From Andalucia godoyi And28 (Eukaryota > Protista > Jakobida): a stretch of 64,000 bases of DNA. Positions 20,026-29,748 of this stretch are shown one piece after another. The stretch lies in NCBI GenBank assembly GCA_009859145.1, contig VRVR01000010.1, forward strand, positions 1 to 64,000. Direction: 5' to 3'. The position numbers were made by a program, and so were the translations under genes. The notes under the pieces are model-generated. The model was not told where the DNA came from. It ran no database searches and was given only the letters and a program-made list of their open reading frames with translations. Each line of letters opens with the position of its first letter. Positions within the stretch are counted from its first letter, which is position 1.

Positions 20026-21468
20026 TCAGAAGTTCTCGAGCTTCCGATAATATTTGATGGTGTCTTTGTACAAGTCATCCAGCTGAGACTTCAGCTCGAT
20101 TGGTTCCAGCTGAATCAAGAGCGGACGATACTCCACAAACAAGCGGTTCTTGACATCCTTCTCATACTGGCGAATAACCTCGATATCATGTGAAACAGAG
20201 ACACGGAGAAGCTTCAGCACCTCGTAGCATCGTCGAATGCACGGCTTTGAAAGCATCAGCGCGGTCTGAATTTTGGTGACCAACTGCGGAGAAAAGTCTG
20301 GAAATTCGCCATCAGCGTTCCGGGGAAGCAGCTCCGATTCAACTATCATGCGAAGCGCACACTTGTCGCGTAGCCGAATAAAGTCTGTGACGGGAGTTTC
20401 CACGCTTACATCCACAACCGGGAACGGTTTGGCAGACGGGATCAACGCGTACTCTGCATTCCGAGCCGCCACAAAAATGTGGCGCAATAAACGATCCCCC
20501 AATCCCTTGCAGCGGTACGGCGGCAGCGTCAAGAATTGGCTCACCGACAGTCGCGACCGATCAGGATAGACATAGAAGGGATACGCGGTGCAAAACGCAG
20601 CAAGACCGTACTTGTAATTGCCAGTACTTCCCATCGTCCGCTTCTCAAACAGGTAGAACAGCTGCCATTTGTGGTCATCCAGCGGAAGCACCGAAGCTGC
20701 ATCGACATACCAGAGAACAAACGTCTGCACATTATCATGGAATGCCCGGCACGCAGGATCGCCAAACGACGATTCCCAGATCTCAAACACCCTCTCACCA
20801 GACGAAAAGGAAGCAGCCATTGTCCCCGGTGGGGTCCAATTCAGGCTTCTCTCGCACTCCTTCACAAACGCCGACCGATCCGGAGCCACGTTTCGAAGCA
20901 CAGTGGACTGTATCTCGACAGCCTCGAAGCCGATCGCATGTCGCGTTAGCCGGTCGAGAACATCCACATTTCGAAGGGGGACGCCCTGCGAGTCCAGGAG
21001 TTCGTACACGTCGATCTTTGCAGGATCGTCAAAATCGTCGTCTCTCGTAGCATCATCACCAGCGTCGTCCTCGTCGTCGCTGTCTTCAACGACTTTTCGG
21101 CGATTTTGTCGTTTCTGCTCAATGAGCTTTTTAAGAGCGAGCCTGATTGCCTTCGCATCCTCCTTCCGTTTTTCTGCATATGTGAAAGTAGCATACGGGA
21201 CCATCTTCCCAACGGCAAAGTAAATGTCTACTCGAGGTTCCTTGTACCCCACAATCACCTCCTCTGGTCCAAAGATCTGATGAGACATGTCCGGATTGAA
21301 CGAAGCAACAGCCTGTTCATGCACATGCTCCCGATCAGATGCCGATTCCAATTCAAGTTGCAATTCCGAGTCGAATGTGTCCACGGCATCCCAAACGTAG
21401 TGAAAATGAACAGACTGGTTGGCATCTGCCTCCCACTCTGTGAGAATTCGGGGTTCTTCGTAATCCAT
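20026..21468 (-). CDS. HAT1: Histone acetyltransferase type B catalytic subunit
   Basis: SFNPDMSHQIFGPEEVIVGYKEP (Hat1_N), FVLWYVDAAS..D...WQLFYLFEK, SQFLTLPPYRCKGLG; acidic insertion. Confidence 0.88.
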   Translation of the reverse strand: MDYEEPRILTEWEADANQSVHFHYVWDAVDTFDSELQLELESASDREHVHEQAVASFNPDMSHQIFGPEEVIVGYKEPRVDIYFAVGKMVPYATFTYAEKRKEDAKAIRLALKKLIEQKRQNRRKVVEDSDDEDDAGDDATRDDDFDDPAKIDVYELLDSQGVPLRNVDVLDRLTRHAIGFEAVEIQSTVLRNVAPDRSAFVKECERSLNWTPPGTMAASFSSGERVFEIWESSFGDPACRAFHDNVQTFVLWYVDAASVLPLDDHKWQLFYLFEKRTMGSTGNYKYGLAAFCTAYPFYVYPDRSRLSVSQFLTLPPYRCKGLGDRLLRHIFVAARNAEYALIPSAKPFPVVDVSVETPVTDFIRLRDKCALRMIVESELLPRNADGEFPDFSPQLVTKIQTALMLSKPCIRRCYEVLKLLRVSVSHDIEVIRQYEKDVKNRLFVEYRPLLIQLEPIELKSQLDDLYKDTIKYYRKLENF

Positions 21469-21613
21469 TTCGACTGACTCAAAGAAAATGGAAAAGAAGA
21501 AAAAGCGAAAAGCGAAAAGCGAAAGGTAGGGGTAATTGAAAAAATAATCCAAGAGAAGAAAAATACGAACGAAAACAGAGAGAAAAAAGGAAAAGAAAGC
21601 CTGTTCTCGAATG

Positions 21614-21621
21614 GCGGGAAA
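21614..21621 (-). promoter_or_regulatory. E2F-type site TTTCCCGC about 145 bp upstream of HAT1
   Basis: Exact TTTSSCGC consensus in the promoter of an S-phase gene. Confidence 0.4.
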
Positions 21622-21875
21622 AAAAGGCACCTTTTTCGTCAAGGCTGAAGAATCCCGAAGGAAACGCGGGACATTCTCCGAATTTTTTAATTGCTTTATT
21701 TTATTTTATTTTTACAGTAGGCATTTCTTTCTGTTGTTGTGTCTATATTTTTGTTTATATTTATTTTCATTATCACTCCTATTCATCTTTTTTTTATTTT
21801 TATTTTTCTTTTTGTTGCTGTTCTCCGTTTCTCCTTCTCTGCGTGCAAGCTCAAAAAGGAACAAGTCCACGATGG

Positions 21876-23282
21876 TTAATCCGAGTTGAAGAAGTAGCTC
21901 CACTGGTTGTAAGAGCGAGTTGGAGAGAGTGATTGGCGAGCATACTTCTGGAGTCTCTCTGCAATTGCTTTTCGGTCGCTGAGAGAGGTTTCCATCAAGT
22001 CTTGGAGTCGAGACCGCCACTGGTCGGGTGCGTCGGCCACGAGAATGGGGACTGCAGCGTCGCTTCGGTCGACGAGCTGCGCAACAGAGGACGCAGCAAC
22101 GGCAGAATCCATGGAAACTAGTTTTTCAAATGCAACTGGTGATACAATAGCGGGAATTCTGCGTGCAAGGACATACACGTCACGGAATCGAGATGCTGGG
22201 GACAGATTGTCTGGATCCATGAATACGGTCATGTTCCGCAGAATCGATCGTTTGCTTTTCCCAAGGATTCGAGGCACCATGCGAATGCGGGAAGCGTCAA
22301 GAGAGGCAGCGATTTTGGGTCCAAACAGTTGTTCGACCGATGCGAGCGCCTCGTCAAGAAACCCGATCGTGAGGGAGCAAGAGGCAGGCAGTCGAGGCCA
22401 CACATTCACTGCAAATCGTCTCCAGGCAAGACGATCCCAAAAACTTCTCTGGTCCGCCAACCCAAGAATGTTGCATGGCGCTGTTTCATTTGAATAAAAT
22501 GCGGATAATTTAGAAGAAGCGGAAGAGGAGCTGGAAAGCGCTCGGAAGACGTTTTGGGGAAGCGCAGGTGGGACGATTCGTGTTCGAGCAGAGTTTTGAT
22601 AGGACAGGATGTCTCGTGCAACCGCTCTGTTCGACGCGGCAACGAAGCTGAGCGCATCATGCGAGATTAAACTCTGTTCCTTCTTTGTGATCTCATCTGA
22701 TGGCGGAATCGACGCGGAGAGCATGCCGTCCGAGTCCAGAACGTCCTTGTTCAGCCGAAGAATGCTGGAGGCCTTCGAGACTGGCGCTGCATTCAGCCCT
22801 GGAGTGTAGTACACGATCTGCGCTTCCGGAAGCGCAGATCGAAGCACTGGCACGAAAAAGTCCACCGCTGGAGCCTTTGTGTACGTTTCTTCTGCAATGA
22901 AGATCACCGTGTGGATGAACGGACTCTTGTCGAGCAGATCTTCCTGGATTGAATGAAGACTGGGCGTCTTGGCCACGTGCACATGCACTCGCGAGGAAAT
23001 AAACTGGGTGTATCGCTTGCGGTTTGCGTGGAAGCAGTATCCTCGACCGACGATGGACACGGAATGCTCCATCGAAACAAGCAGTTCCAAGAGCCCCATG
23101 ACCGTGTCTGCATGCGGTGCGCTGGGCACATGGTCGCAGATGTGCACGACAAGTACTTCTTGTGTCGCAGCCACAGGAGCGAGCTCTGCACGATCTGCGT
23201 TTGTGTCCACCGAATGCAAGGATGCCCTCACGCACACAGCAGCCAGGAAGACTGCCACCACGACGGTACTCCAGCACTTCAT
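21876..23282 (-). CDS. Signal-peptide-bearing, degenerate GT-B (GT4-like) glycosyltransferase-fold protein
   Basis: Hydrophobic N-terminus MKCWSTVVVAVFLAAVCVRA; LLELLVSMEHSVSIVG, FVAASNRAVARDI, IVPP, C-terminal 'RRIPAIVSPVA...ILVAD.P.QW...LQDLM' topology; no EX7E. Confidence 0.5.
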   Translation of the reverse strand: MKCWSTVVVAVFLAAVCVRASLHSVDTNADRAELAPVAATQEVLVVHICDHVPSAPHADTVMGLLELLVSMEHSVSIVGRGYCFHANRKRYTQFISSRVHVHVAKTPSLHSIQEDLLDKSPFIHTVIFIAEETYTKAPAVDFFVPVLRSALPEAQIVYYTPGLNAAPVSKASSILRLNKDVLDSDGMLSASIPPSDEITKKEQSLISHDALSFVAASNRAVARDILSYQNSARTRIVPPALPQNVFRALSSSSSASSKLSAFYSNETAPCNILGLADQRSFWDRLAWRRFAVNVWPRLPASCSLTIGFLDEALASVEQLFGPKIAASLDASRIRMVPRILGKSKRSILRNMTVFMDPDNLSPASRFRDVYVLARRIPAIVSPVAFEKLVSMDSAVAASSVAQLVDRSDAAVPILVADAPDQWRSRLQDLMETSLSDRKAIAERLQKYARQSLSPTRSYNQWSYFFNSD

Positions 23283-23786
23283 GACAAGGAAAGGGACACG
23301 ATGTGAAACGGGATAAAAATACAAAGGAAAATAAACAATTGAAAAAAAAAACAGGAGAAACAGAAGCCATAAAAAGGTTTGGGAAAATGAGCGCATATAA
23401 CACGAGTAAATCGTGAAGACACGTGGTTTTTTGAATCGGATTAAACTTCGTCCAAGCAGACCCGAAACCGTGATTACTGTCAAATAAACCATCCCACTCA
23501 AAACGCATACCTCTCCAACAAATACCCTACGAAAAACTGAAACGCCGGACTTTAGTTTTTTTCTTCCTGTTTTCGTAGCCCTTTAATAATAACATTGTGA
23601 TGCATACGAAAGTACACATAAACAGACACGGTCGTTTTTTGGTTTCGCTTTTTTTAATTCAAATATGGGCGTGAGTGCGCTGAGTTGATGCATTCGCCTA
23701 CGCCTACGCCGCCCGATGCAGGGCCGTCAGCATCAAAATACACCCTTCTCAGGAACAACGTGCCACGCTGAGAAGGTGGCTCACCG

Positions 23787-23950
23787 ATGGATCGAGATTG
23801 GGAACGGAGCGCGGAACATCTATCTGAAGAACGCAGAGAGGCGTGTTGGCGGCCTATCTCCTTCGCGGCAACGGGATGGAAGACTGAATATGCATGTCTA
23901 CTCGTAGATACGCATGTCCAGTGTATAATAATGTAGGCGTCAACTACATC
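23787..23950 (+). repeat. Dispersed non-coding element, copy B
   Basis: TGGATCGAGATTGGGAA, GCGCGGAACATCTATCTGAAGAACGC, GATGGAAGACTGAA and AATGTAGGCGTCAACTACATC align with copy A. Confidence 0.75.
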
Positions 23951-23969
23951 CCTTTTTTCCCCCTTATTT

Positions 23970-23977
23970 TTTCGCGC
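23970..23977 (+). promoter_or_regulatory. E2F-type site TTTCGCGC upstream of MCM2
   Basis: Exact TTTSSCGC consensus about 320 bp before the MCM2 ATG. Confidence 0.4.
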
Positions 23978-24293
23978 CAGTCCTTTCTTTTTTCCCCCGA
24001 AAACCGAGGCATCAAGTCTCCCCTCTTTTCTTTGCGGCTCAGGACCCGATGTGCTCAAAAAATCTCGTTTCCCTTTTTTCAATTAAAAAAAGTCTCTTCT
24101 TCTTCTTCTGTATACTTTCCTGCTTTGCTGTTCTTCTGGGTTTTTTTGTTTTGTTTTGTTTTTTTCCGCTTCTTGTCTTTCATTCTCCTGGCCTTTTTCC
24201 CCCCCCTTTCTGTTCTAACACAAGGGTTTGTTTTTGTTTGTTTTTCTTTTTCGTTTTTTTTCTTCCTTCTTTTATCTCTTTTTAAGCTGGCAA

Positions 24294-27260
24294 ATGAGTG
24301 GTCGTCGAGGAGCGGTGAACCGTGGAGGCCGTCCGCCAACCACAGGCTCTCGAGGTCGGCGATTCCGAAATGTTGCCGATGATCAAGATAAGTCGGATGA
24401 CCGCGACTTGGATATTGCAGTTGCGATGAATGCTGGAAATCGTAGTGGGGCAAACAATGATGAGGACGAGGACGATGCCATTGAGGATGACGATGTCGAG
24501 GATGAGCTGAATCCGAGCACGGAGGAACCGGAGCCGGAAGGCGAGGATCTGTTTGGAGAGACCATGATGGAAGACTACCGCACTTTGCCTGAAGAGGACC
24601 AGTACGACGAGGAAGGTCTTGACTCGAATGACTACGAGCCACTTGCGCCGGATGCACGTGTCAGGGCGGAAGCTGCAATTGCCGCTCGGAAGAAACGTGA
24701 AGCTGCAGAGCGAAGAGCAGACGGTGCCGGGGATCGTGAGCGCCGTGGGCTGCCTGCTGCACTCCTCGCTTCCGAGGATGGCTCCGCAGATGGTGCTGCG
24801 CGGCCGTCCAAACGCAGGCGTATGCGATACAGAGATGTGCCGTCGGATGTCCCATCCCAAGATGCAAGCTCCGTTGGTGGTGCGGGTGCGGGTGCTGGTG
24901 CACCAGGTGCGGGAAGAAGCGAGGATCAAGAAGATGAAGATGTGGACGAGTATTCGACGGAGATGGAGCTCACAGCTGCCGATGTGCAGGGCCCTCTCCG
25001 AGAATGGGTTTTGGTGGAGTCTAATCGAAGAGGAATTGCATCAATGTTTCGCAGGTTTCTGATGCGGTTTGTGGACTCTCGAGGCGTGTCCGTATACGGC
25101 GAACGAATTGCACGAATGGCAGCGGACAATAAGGCCTTCCTGGAAGTCGATTTTCTGCACTTGTCACAAGCCGCTCCGGCTCTGGCTCTTTGGGTCGCCG
25201 ATGCACCGGCGGAAATGCTCAGGATTCTTGACGACGTTGCGATCGATGTCGTGCTGATGAGCTATCCAAACTATGAAAACATCGCACCGGAAATCCATGT
25301 CCGCCTTGCGAATCTTCCCGTTGCCGACTCCCTCCGAGACATTCGACAGATCCATCTGAACTGCTTGATTCGTGTGTCGGGAGTCGTGACCCGCAGGACG
25401 TCTGTTTTCCCGCAGTTGCGACTTGTTCGGTACGACTGCTTGCGGTGCGGTGCTGCCCTGGGGCCGTATGCGCAAAACTCTGCTCCGGGAAGCAACGGCG
25501 GAACGGACGAAGTGAAGCCCATTCTCTGCCCGAACTGTCAATCCAAGGGTCCGTTTGCCATCAACATGGAACAGACTGTTTACCGTAACTATCAGAAAAT
25601 AACCCTTCAGGAATCGCCAGGAACAGTACCCGCAGGCCGCCTTCCGAGATCAAAGGAGGTGATTTTGCTGGGTGATCTCATTGATTGTGCACGTCCTGGT
25701 GAGGAAATTGATGTCACTGGCATTTTGAAGAACGCGTATGACTCGTATTTGAATGCCAGAAATGGATTCCCCGTCTTCTCCACTGTCTTGGAAGCCAACC
25801 ATGTTGCGAAGCGCAACTCGTTCATGCAGTCTGCTCAGCAAATTCTTGACGATGACCGAAGAGAAATTCTCAGACTCTCTCGCGACCCTCGTATTGCTCA
25901 GAGGATCATTTCGTCCATTGCGCCATCGATTTACGGACACGAGGACATCAAGACTGCTTTGGCACTTGCGTTGTTTGGTGGTACCGCGAAGAACGTGAAG
26001 GATAAGCACCGCATCCGAGGAGATATCAATGTTTTACTTCTTGGAGACCCTGGTACTGCCAAGTCCCAGTTCCTCAAGTACGTTGAGAAAACTGCACATC
26101 GTGCTGTATTCACCACGGGCCGCGGTTCCTCTGCAGTTGGTCTGACGGCTGCTGTGCACAAGGACCCTGTGACCCGTGAATGGACACTGGAAGGCGGTGC
26201 GCTGGTGTTGGCAGATCAAGGAGTATGTCTCATTGACGAGTTTGACAAGATGAGCGACCAGGATCGTACGTCCATTCACGAAGCCATGGAGCAGCAATCC
26301 ATCTCCATTTCCAAGGCAGGCATTGTGACTTCGTTGCAGGCTCGCTGTTCTGTCATGGCTGCCGCAAACCCTCGCTCTGGGAGATACGATGCGTCTCTTG
26401 ATTTTGCACATAATGTCGAGCTTACCGACCCCATCTTGTCTCGTTTTGATGTCCTGTGTGTTGTTCGCGACACTGTTGATCCGTTCGAAGACGAATACTT
26501 GGCGATGTTCGTTGTAAATTCCCACGTTCGTTCACATCCCAATCAGAAGGTGCGAACGACTGGAGGTCGACCGGCTGCTACCAACAATGGATACGGCGGC
26601 AAGACTGGCCTTCCAGAAATTGAGAGAATGCTTCTGGCAGCGTCTCGTGTGGCGAATACGGACGACCTCATTCCACAAGAAATGCTCGCCAAGTATATTC
26701 AGTATGCTCGCGCGCATTGCACCCCAAAGCTGCAGGATGTGAACGAGAACAAGGTTACAAAGTTGTATTCAGAGCTTCGACAGCAAAGTATCACTGCGGG
26801 AGGCATGCCGATCTCCGTTCGCCATATAGAATCGATCATTCGTATGGCAGAAGCGCACGCACGCATGCATCTGCGGGACTTTGTCAGAGACGAGGATTTT
26901 GACCTTGCTATCCGCGTATTCTTGAACACATTCATTGGTGCCCAAAAGGCATCCGTCCAAAAGACGATGCGTCAGCATTTTTCAAGGTACATGACGTATC
27001 AGAAGGACCACAATGTTCTGCTTCTGGTTACATTGCAGAATCTCATCAAGGAGGAGATGGCGTACCAAAATGCTGTTCACGGCATCCCTGCCGAGTCTCT
27101 TGAAGAGGTGAAGGTGCTCCGACGCGAGTTGGAAAACAAGGCCCGTGACATGAACATCACGGACATTGGCGCATTCTTGGAGTCTGACTTGTTCAAAAAC
27201 AACGGGTTCTCCGTGTCAGACAAGTGGCTCCTCAAAAAGTTTGATCTGACCGCCGCCTGA
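24294..27260 (+). CDS. MCM2: DNA replication licensing factor MCM2 (intronless)
   Basis: EGEDLFGE..MEDY histone-binding N-terminus, C4 zinc finger, YRNYQKITLQESPG, DINVLLLGDPGTAKSQ, IDEFDKM, SRFD. Confidence 0.98.
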   Translation: MSGRRGAVNRGGRPPTTGSRGRRFRNVADDQDKSDDRDLDIAVAMNAGNRSGANNDEDEDDAIEDDDVEDELNPSTEEPEPEGEDLFGETMMEDYRTLPEEDQYDEEGLDSNDYEPLAPDARVRAEAAIAARKKREAAERRADGAGDRERRGLPAALLASEDGSADGAARPSKRRRMRYRDVPSDVPSQDASSVGGAGAGAGAPGAGRSEDQEDEDVDEYSTEMELTAADVQGPLREWVLVESNRRGIASMFRRFLMRFVDSRGVSVYGERIARMAADNKAFLEVDFLHLSQAAPALALWVADAPAEMLRILDDVAIDVVLMSYPNYENIAPEIHVRLANLPVADSLRDIRQIHLNCLIRVSGVVTRRTSVFPQLRLVRYDCLRCGAALGPYAQNSAPGSNGGTDEVKPILCPNCQSKGPFAINMEQTVYRNYQKITLQESPGTVPAGRLPRSKEVILLGDLIDCARPGEEIDVTGILKNAYDSYLNARNGFPVFSTVLEANHVAKRNSFMQSAQQILDDDRREILRLSRDPRIAQRIISSIAPSIYGHEDIKTALALALFGGTAKNVKDKHRIRGDINVLLLGDPGTAKSQFLKYVEKTAHRAVFTTGRGSSAVGLTAAVHKDPVTREWTLEGGALVLADQGVCLIDEFDKMSDQDRTSIHEAMEQQSISISKAGIVTSLQARCSVMAAANPRSGRYDASLDFAHNVELTDPILSRFDVLCVVRDTVDPFEDEYLAMFVVNSHVRSHPNQKVRTTGGRPAATNNGYGGKTGLPEIERMLLAASRVANTDDLIPQEMLAKYIQYARAHCTPKLQDVNENKVTKLYSELRQQSITAGGMPISVRHIESIIRMAEAHARMHLRDFVRDEDFDLAIRVFLNTFIGAQKASVQKTMRQHFSRYMTYQKDHNVLLLVTLQNLIKEEMAYQNAVHGIPAESLEEVKVLRRELENKARDMNITDIGAFLESDLFKNNGFSVSDKWLLKKFDLTAA

Positions 27261-27383
27261 TTTATGTTCCCCCCTCGTTTGTGGACTTTTCTGTAGTTGT
27301 TGTTTTTTTCCCCCTTCTCCTCTTCCTTTCCTGTTTTTTGCTGGAGCTCGAATCGCGAAGTGTGAATGCTGTGCAGAACTGAA

Positions 27384-27444
<61 letters not shown>

Positions 27445-27450
27445 GTGTGT
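27384..27450. repeat. (GT)n/(GTGTAT)n microsatellite
   Basis: Read directly. Confidence 0.95.
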
Positions 27451-27665
27451 GGCTGTATGGGTGATGAAATGTCTGAAATGATATTGATAAAACGTGCTGA
27501 TGTACAGTTTTTCTGCAATGCAGCGTGCACGGATTGCGTATGAACGCCTGCGAAGAAGGGAGGTGGGAGAAAAGAGCATTTCTATTTACATTCACAGCAG
27601 CAAGCTGGAGTTGAGGAGAGGAGAGGTGGGTGCGGTTTCGAGTACAAGTGCCTAAGCAGAGCATT

Positions 27666-28214
27666 CTAGTAAATATCATCAAGATCAAGCGGTGCGGGAA
27701 TCGATGACGCATCATCGCTCATCGCCGGAAGATACGACAATCGCGCACCGTCGCCTTGCTTCGCGACACTACTGCTATTTGCGTACATCAGTACGTGGTC
27801 CATGAGTGAGTCTCTGCTGTGCATGGGCTTTGGCACGTACTCCACGGGTTCCAAATTCTCGGGATCCAGCCCATACCTAGCCCAGTCGGGAGCACCAGCG
27901 GACCCACTGGACTGCGCGACCAGCATCCGCCGAATGTTTGGAAACGCCTCCTTTGAGCTGTCTTCCTGCAGCTCATCCAGTCGTCGTGCCACATTTCCCG
28001 TGTTATCACTTACAGAAAAATCATCAAACACCTCAAACGACAGAGGCGCGGGCGTAGGCATGGCAGGCCGAGACAATGGAGCAGTTTTCCGAACAGTCGA
28101 GTTCACGCCGAGCGGTCTGCGCACCGATTGCGGATTCTGCTGCGTCACTGATTTCGGATGCGGCGTAAACACCTGGTTTTGTGAACTGACATTTTCCTTG
28201 AAGGCTGCGTGCAT
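27666..28214 (-). CDS. Disordered 182-aa APC/C-degron protein, securin/Patronus-like candidate
   Basis: KEN (aa 6-8), D-box RRPLGVN (32-38), ABBA-like FEVFDD (60-65), PVEYVP (123-128), acidic Pro-rich C-terminus. Confidence 0.55.
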   Translation of the reverse strand: MHAAFKENVSSQNQVFTPHPKSVTQQNPQSVRRPLGVNSTVRKTAPLSRPAMPTPAPLSFEVFDDFSVSDNTGNVARRLDELQEDSSKEAFPNIRRMLVAQSSGSAGAPDWARYGLDPENLEPVEYVPKPMHSRDSLMDHVLMYANSSSVAKQGDGARLSYLPAMSDDASSIPAPLDLDDIY

Positions 28215-28572
28215 GACTCGGCTTTTCTTCTAAGAACCCTCCAATATATATAAAGGCGTACGCACAGGAAGACCGAGAATAAAGCAAGAAATTGAAAACA
28301 ATGCTAGAAAACAGCAAAAGAAGGACGATTCGTTTTTTTAAAAAAAGATGGTCAAAGCGCCATTATAAGGAAAACGGGAGCAGAAAACGGACGACCGTTT
28401 TGTCTAGCAACGCCAAACATTGAACAACGCGATTTCCTTACCGTAGTCAAGTCCGGAATCCCTTTCATTCCTCACTTTTTCTTGTTCTTTCTATCATTTT
28501 CTGTTTGTTTGTGTATTTTATAATCGAACCCTCAAACAGCACCATTCACCAAAGACAAAGACAAAATATCTC

Positions 28573-28827
28573 ATGGCTCCAAAGAGGGATCTTCCCAACA
28601 AACGCAAACCTGACATGCCCGATGATGCCGAGAGAACCAAGAAACCCGTTGATCCCCTCTCGTCAGAGGCGGAGAGCAAGAAAATTTAAATTCACGAAGA
28701 TGTGATCGATTTGCGTTCGGAATGCGCTTTCAAGTCAGAGACACAAGAAAGAGCAAAGGCAAATGCGTCGTCAAGCGCGGCGTCGTTCACCGACCACATT
28801 CTGTTTCCTTCAACATTCATCTTTTGA
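28573..28827 (+). pseudogene. 38-aa ORF (MAPKRDLP...SKKI*) whose frame stays open for 45 more codons after one TAA; micropeptide or interrupted gene
   Basis: A/C-rich leader before the ATG; TAA at 28687-28689; in-frame continuation IHEDVIDLRSE... to TGA at 28825-28827. Confidence 0.35.
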
Positions 28828-29748
28828 ATGCTGAATCGATTGGGGGAATATGCTGGTTGCGATGACCCTTTGACCGCATTGAAGAGTTGATGTTCGCCCC
28901 AAATAATAACAAAACAAAAAAACATGTGGACTTGGATCTGTGTCGGTTGACAGCTTTAGCGGATGATCAATCAAGCGGTTAACACGCCTCCTACTACAGT
29001 CGGGGGGAGGGGGGGAAGACAGGCCGAAAAGTCATTCATCTCCGAGTGTGCAATCGAGCCCGGACGTCCATGGATGGACCGCGTAACTCGTTGAAATACA
29101 AGACGCGTTCGTGACGCAGACGTTGTGCAACGCCTCCCAAAATCACGGTCGACGCACAGCTCTCCCGCGGCCCCGCCGTTTCGGCTGCTGCTGCCCCCGT
29201 GAGTGTTACCGCAGGAGGAGAATGGTTTCTCGCTCCGTGGAACCTGTTGATATGCGTCCTTTTCATTGTGAACCCATTCTCGGGCCCCCTGGAATCTGGA
29301 CAGCCCGTTACAGAGAGTAAAGAACGTGTTTTGGTACGCATTGATTGACATTACGTCGCACCAATACCGCTGAGCGAATTGGGGGTCCACGGGCAACATG
29401 AACGTTCATCAAATCAGATTGTGACTGGGAAGACGAAGCTGTTCACGGTCCGACTGGTTTGGTGGGGCCGTGGTGAGAGCCGCACAACCGTCTGAATATC
29501 TTGGCGTGTTTTTCCGGGAGAGTCAAGAACTCCGGAGCGATGCCAGCAGATTGCCTGACCAGGATGCACGTGAGCGTCAACTGCCACCTTGCGGGAAAAA
29601 GGAAATGGCATCTTTGCCTTGGGGAAATTGCTTCTGTTGCATCGCTTTTTTCTCGAGCTTCTTGTTCTTTCATTCGCTTTGCATTTCTTCTTGGGAATCC
29701 GCTATTTTTTCCTGCTCACTTCTCTGCAGCTCGCCGTGGGACACCGCC

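Noticed and set aside
23665-23907. Selenoprotein (ATG...TGA TGC in frame with a 63-aa ORF)
   Set aside because: No selenoprotein family resemblance or SECIS identified; the homologous repeat copies do not keep the frame.
29070-29348. Antizyme-like +1 frameshift (short ORF ending TCG TGA)
   Set aside because: The +1 frame closes quickly and neither frame has antizyme ORF2 motifs.
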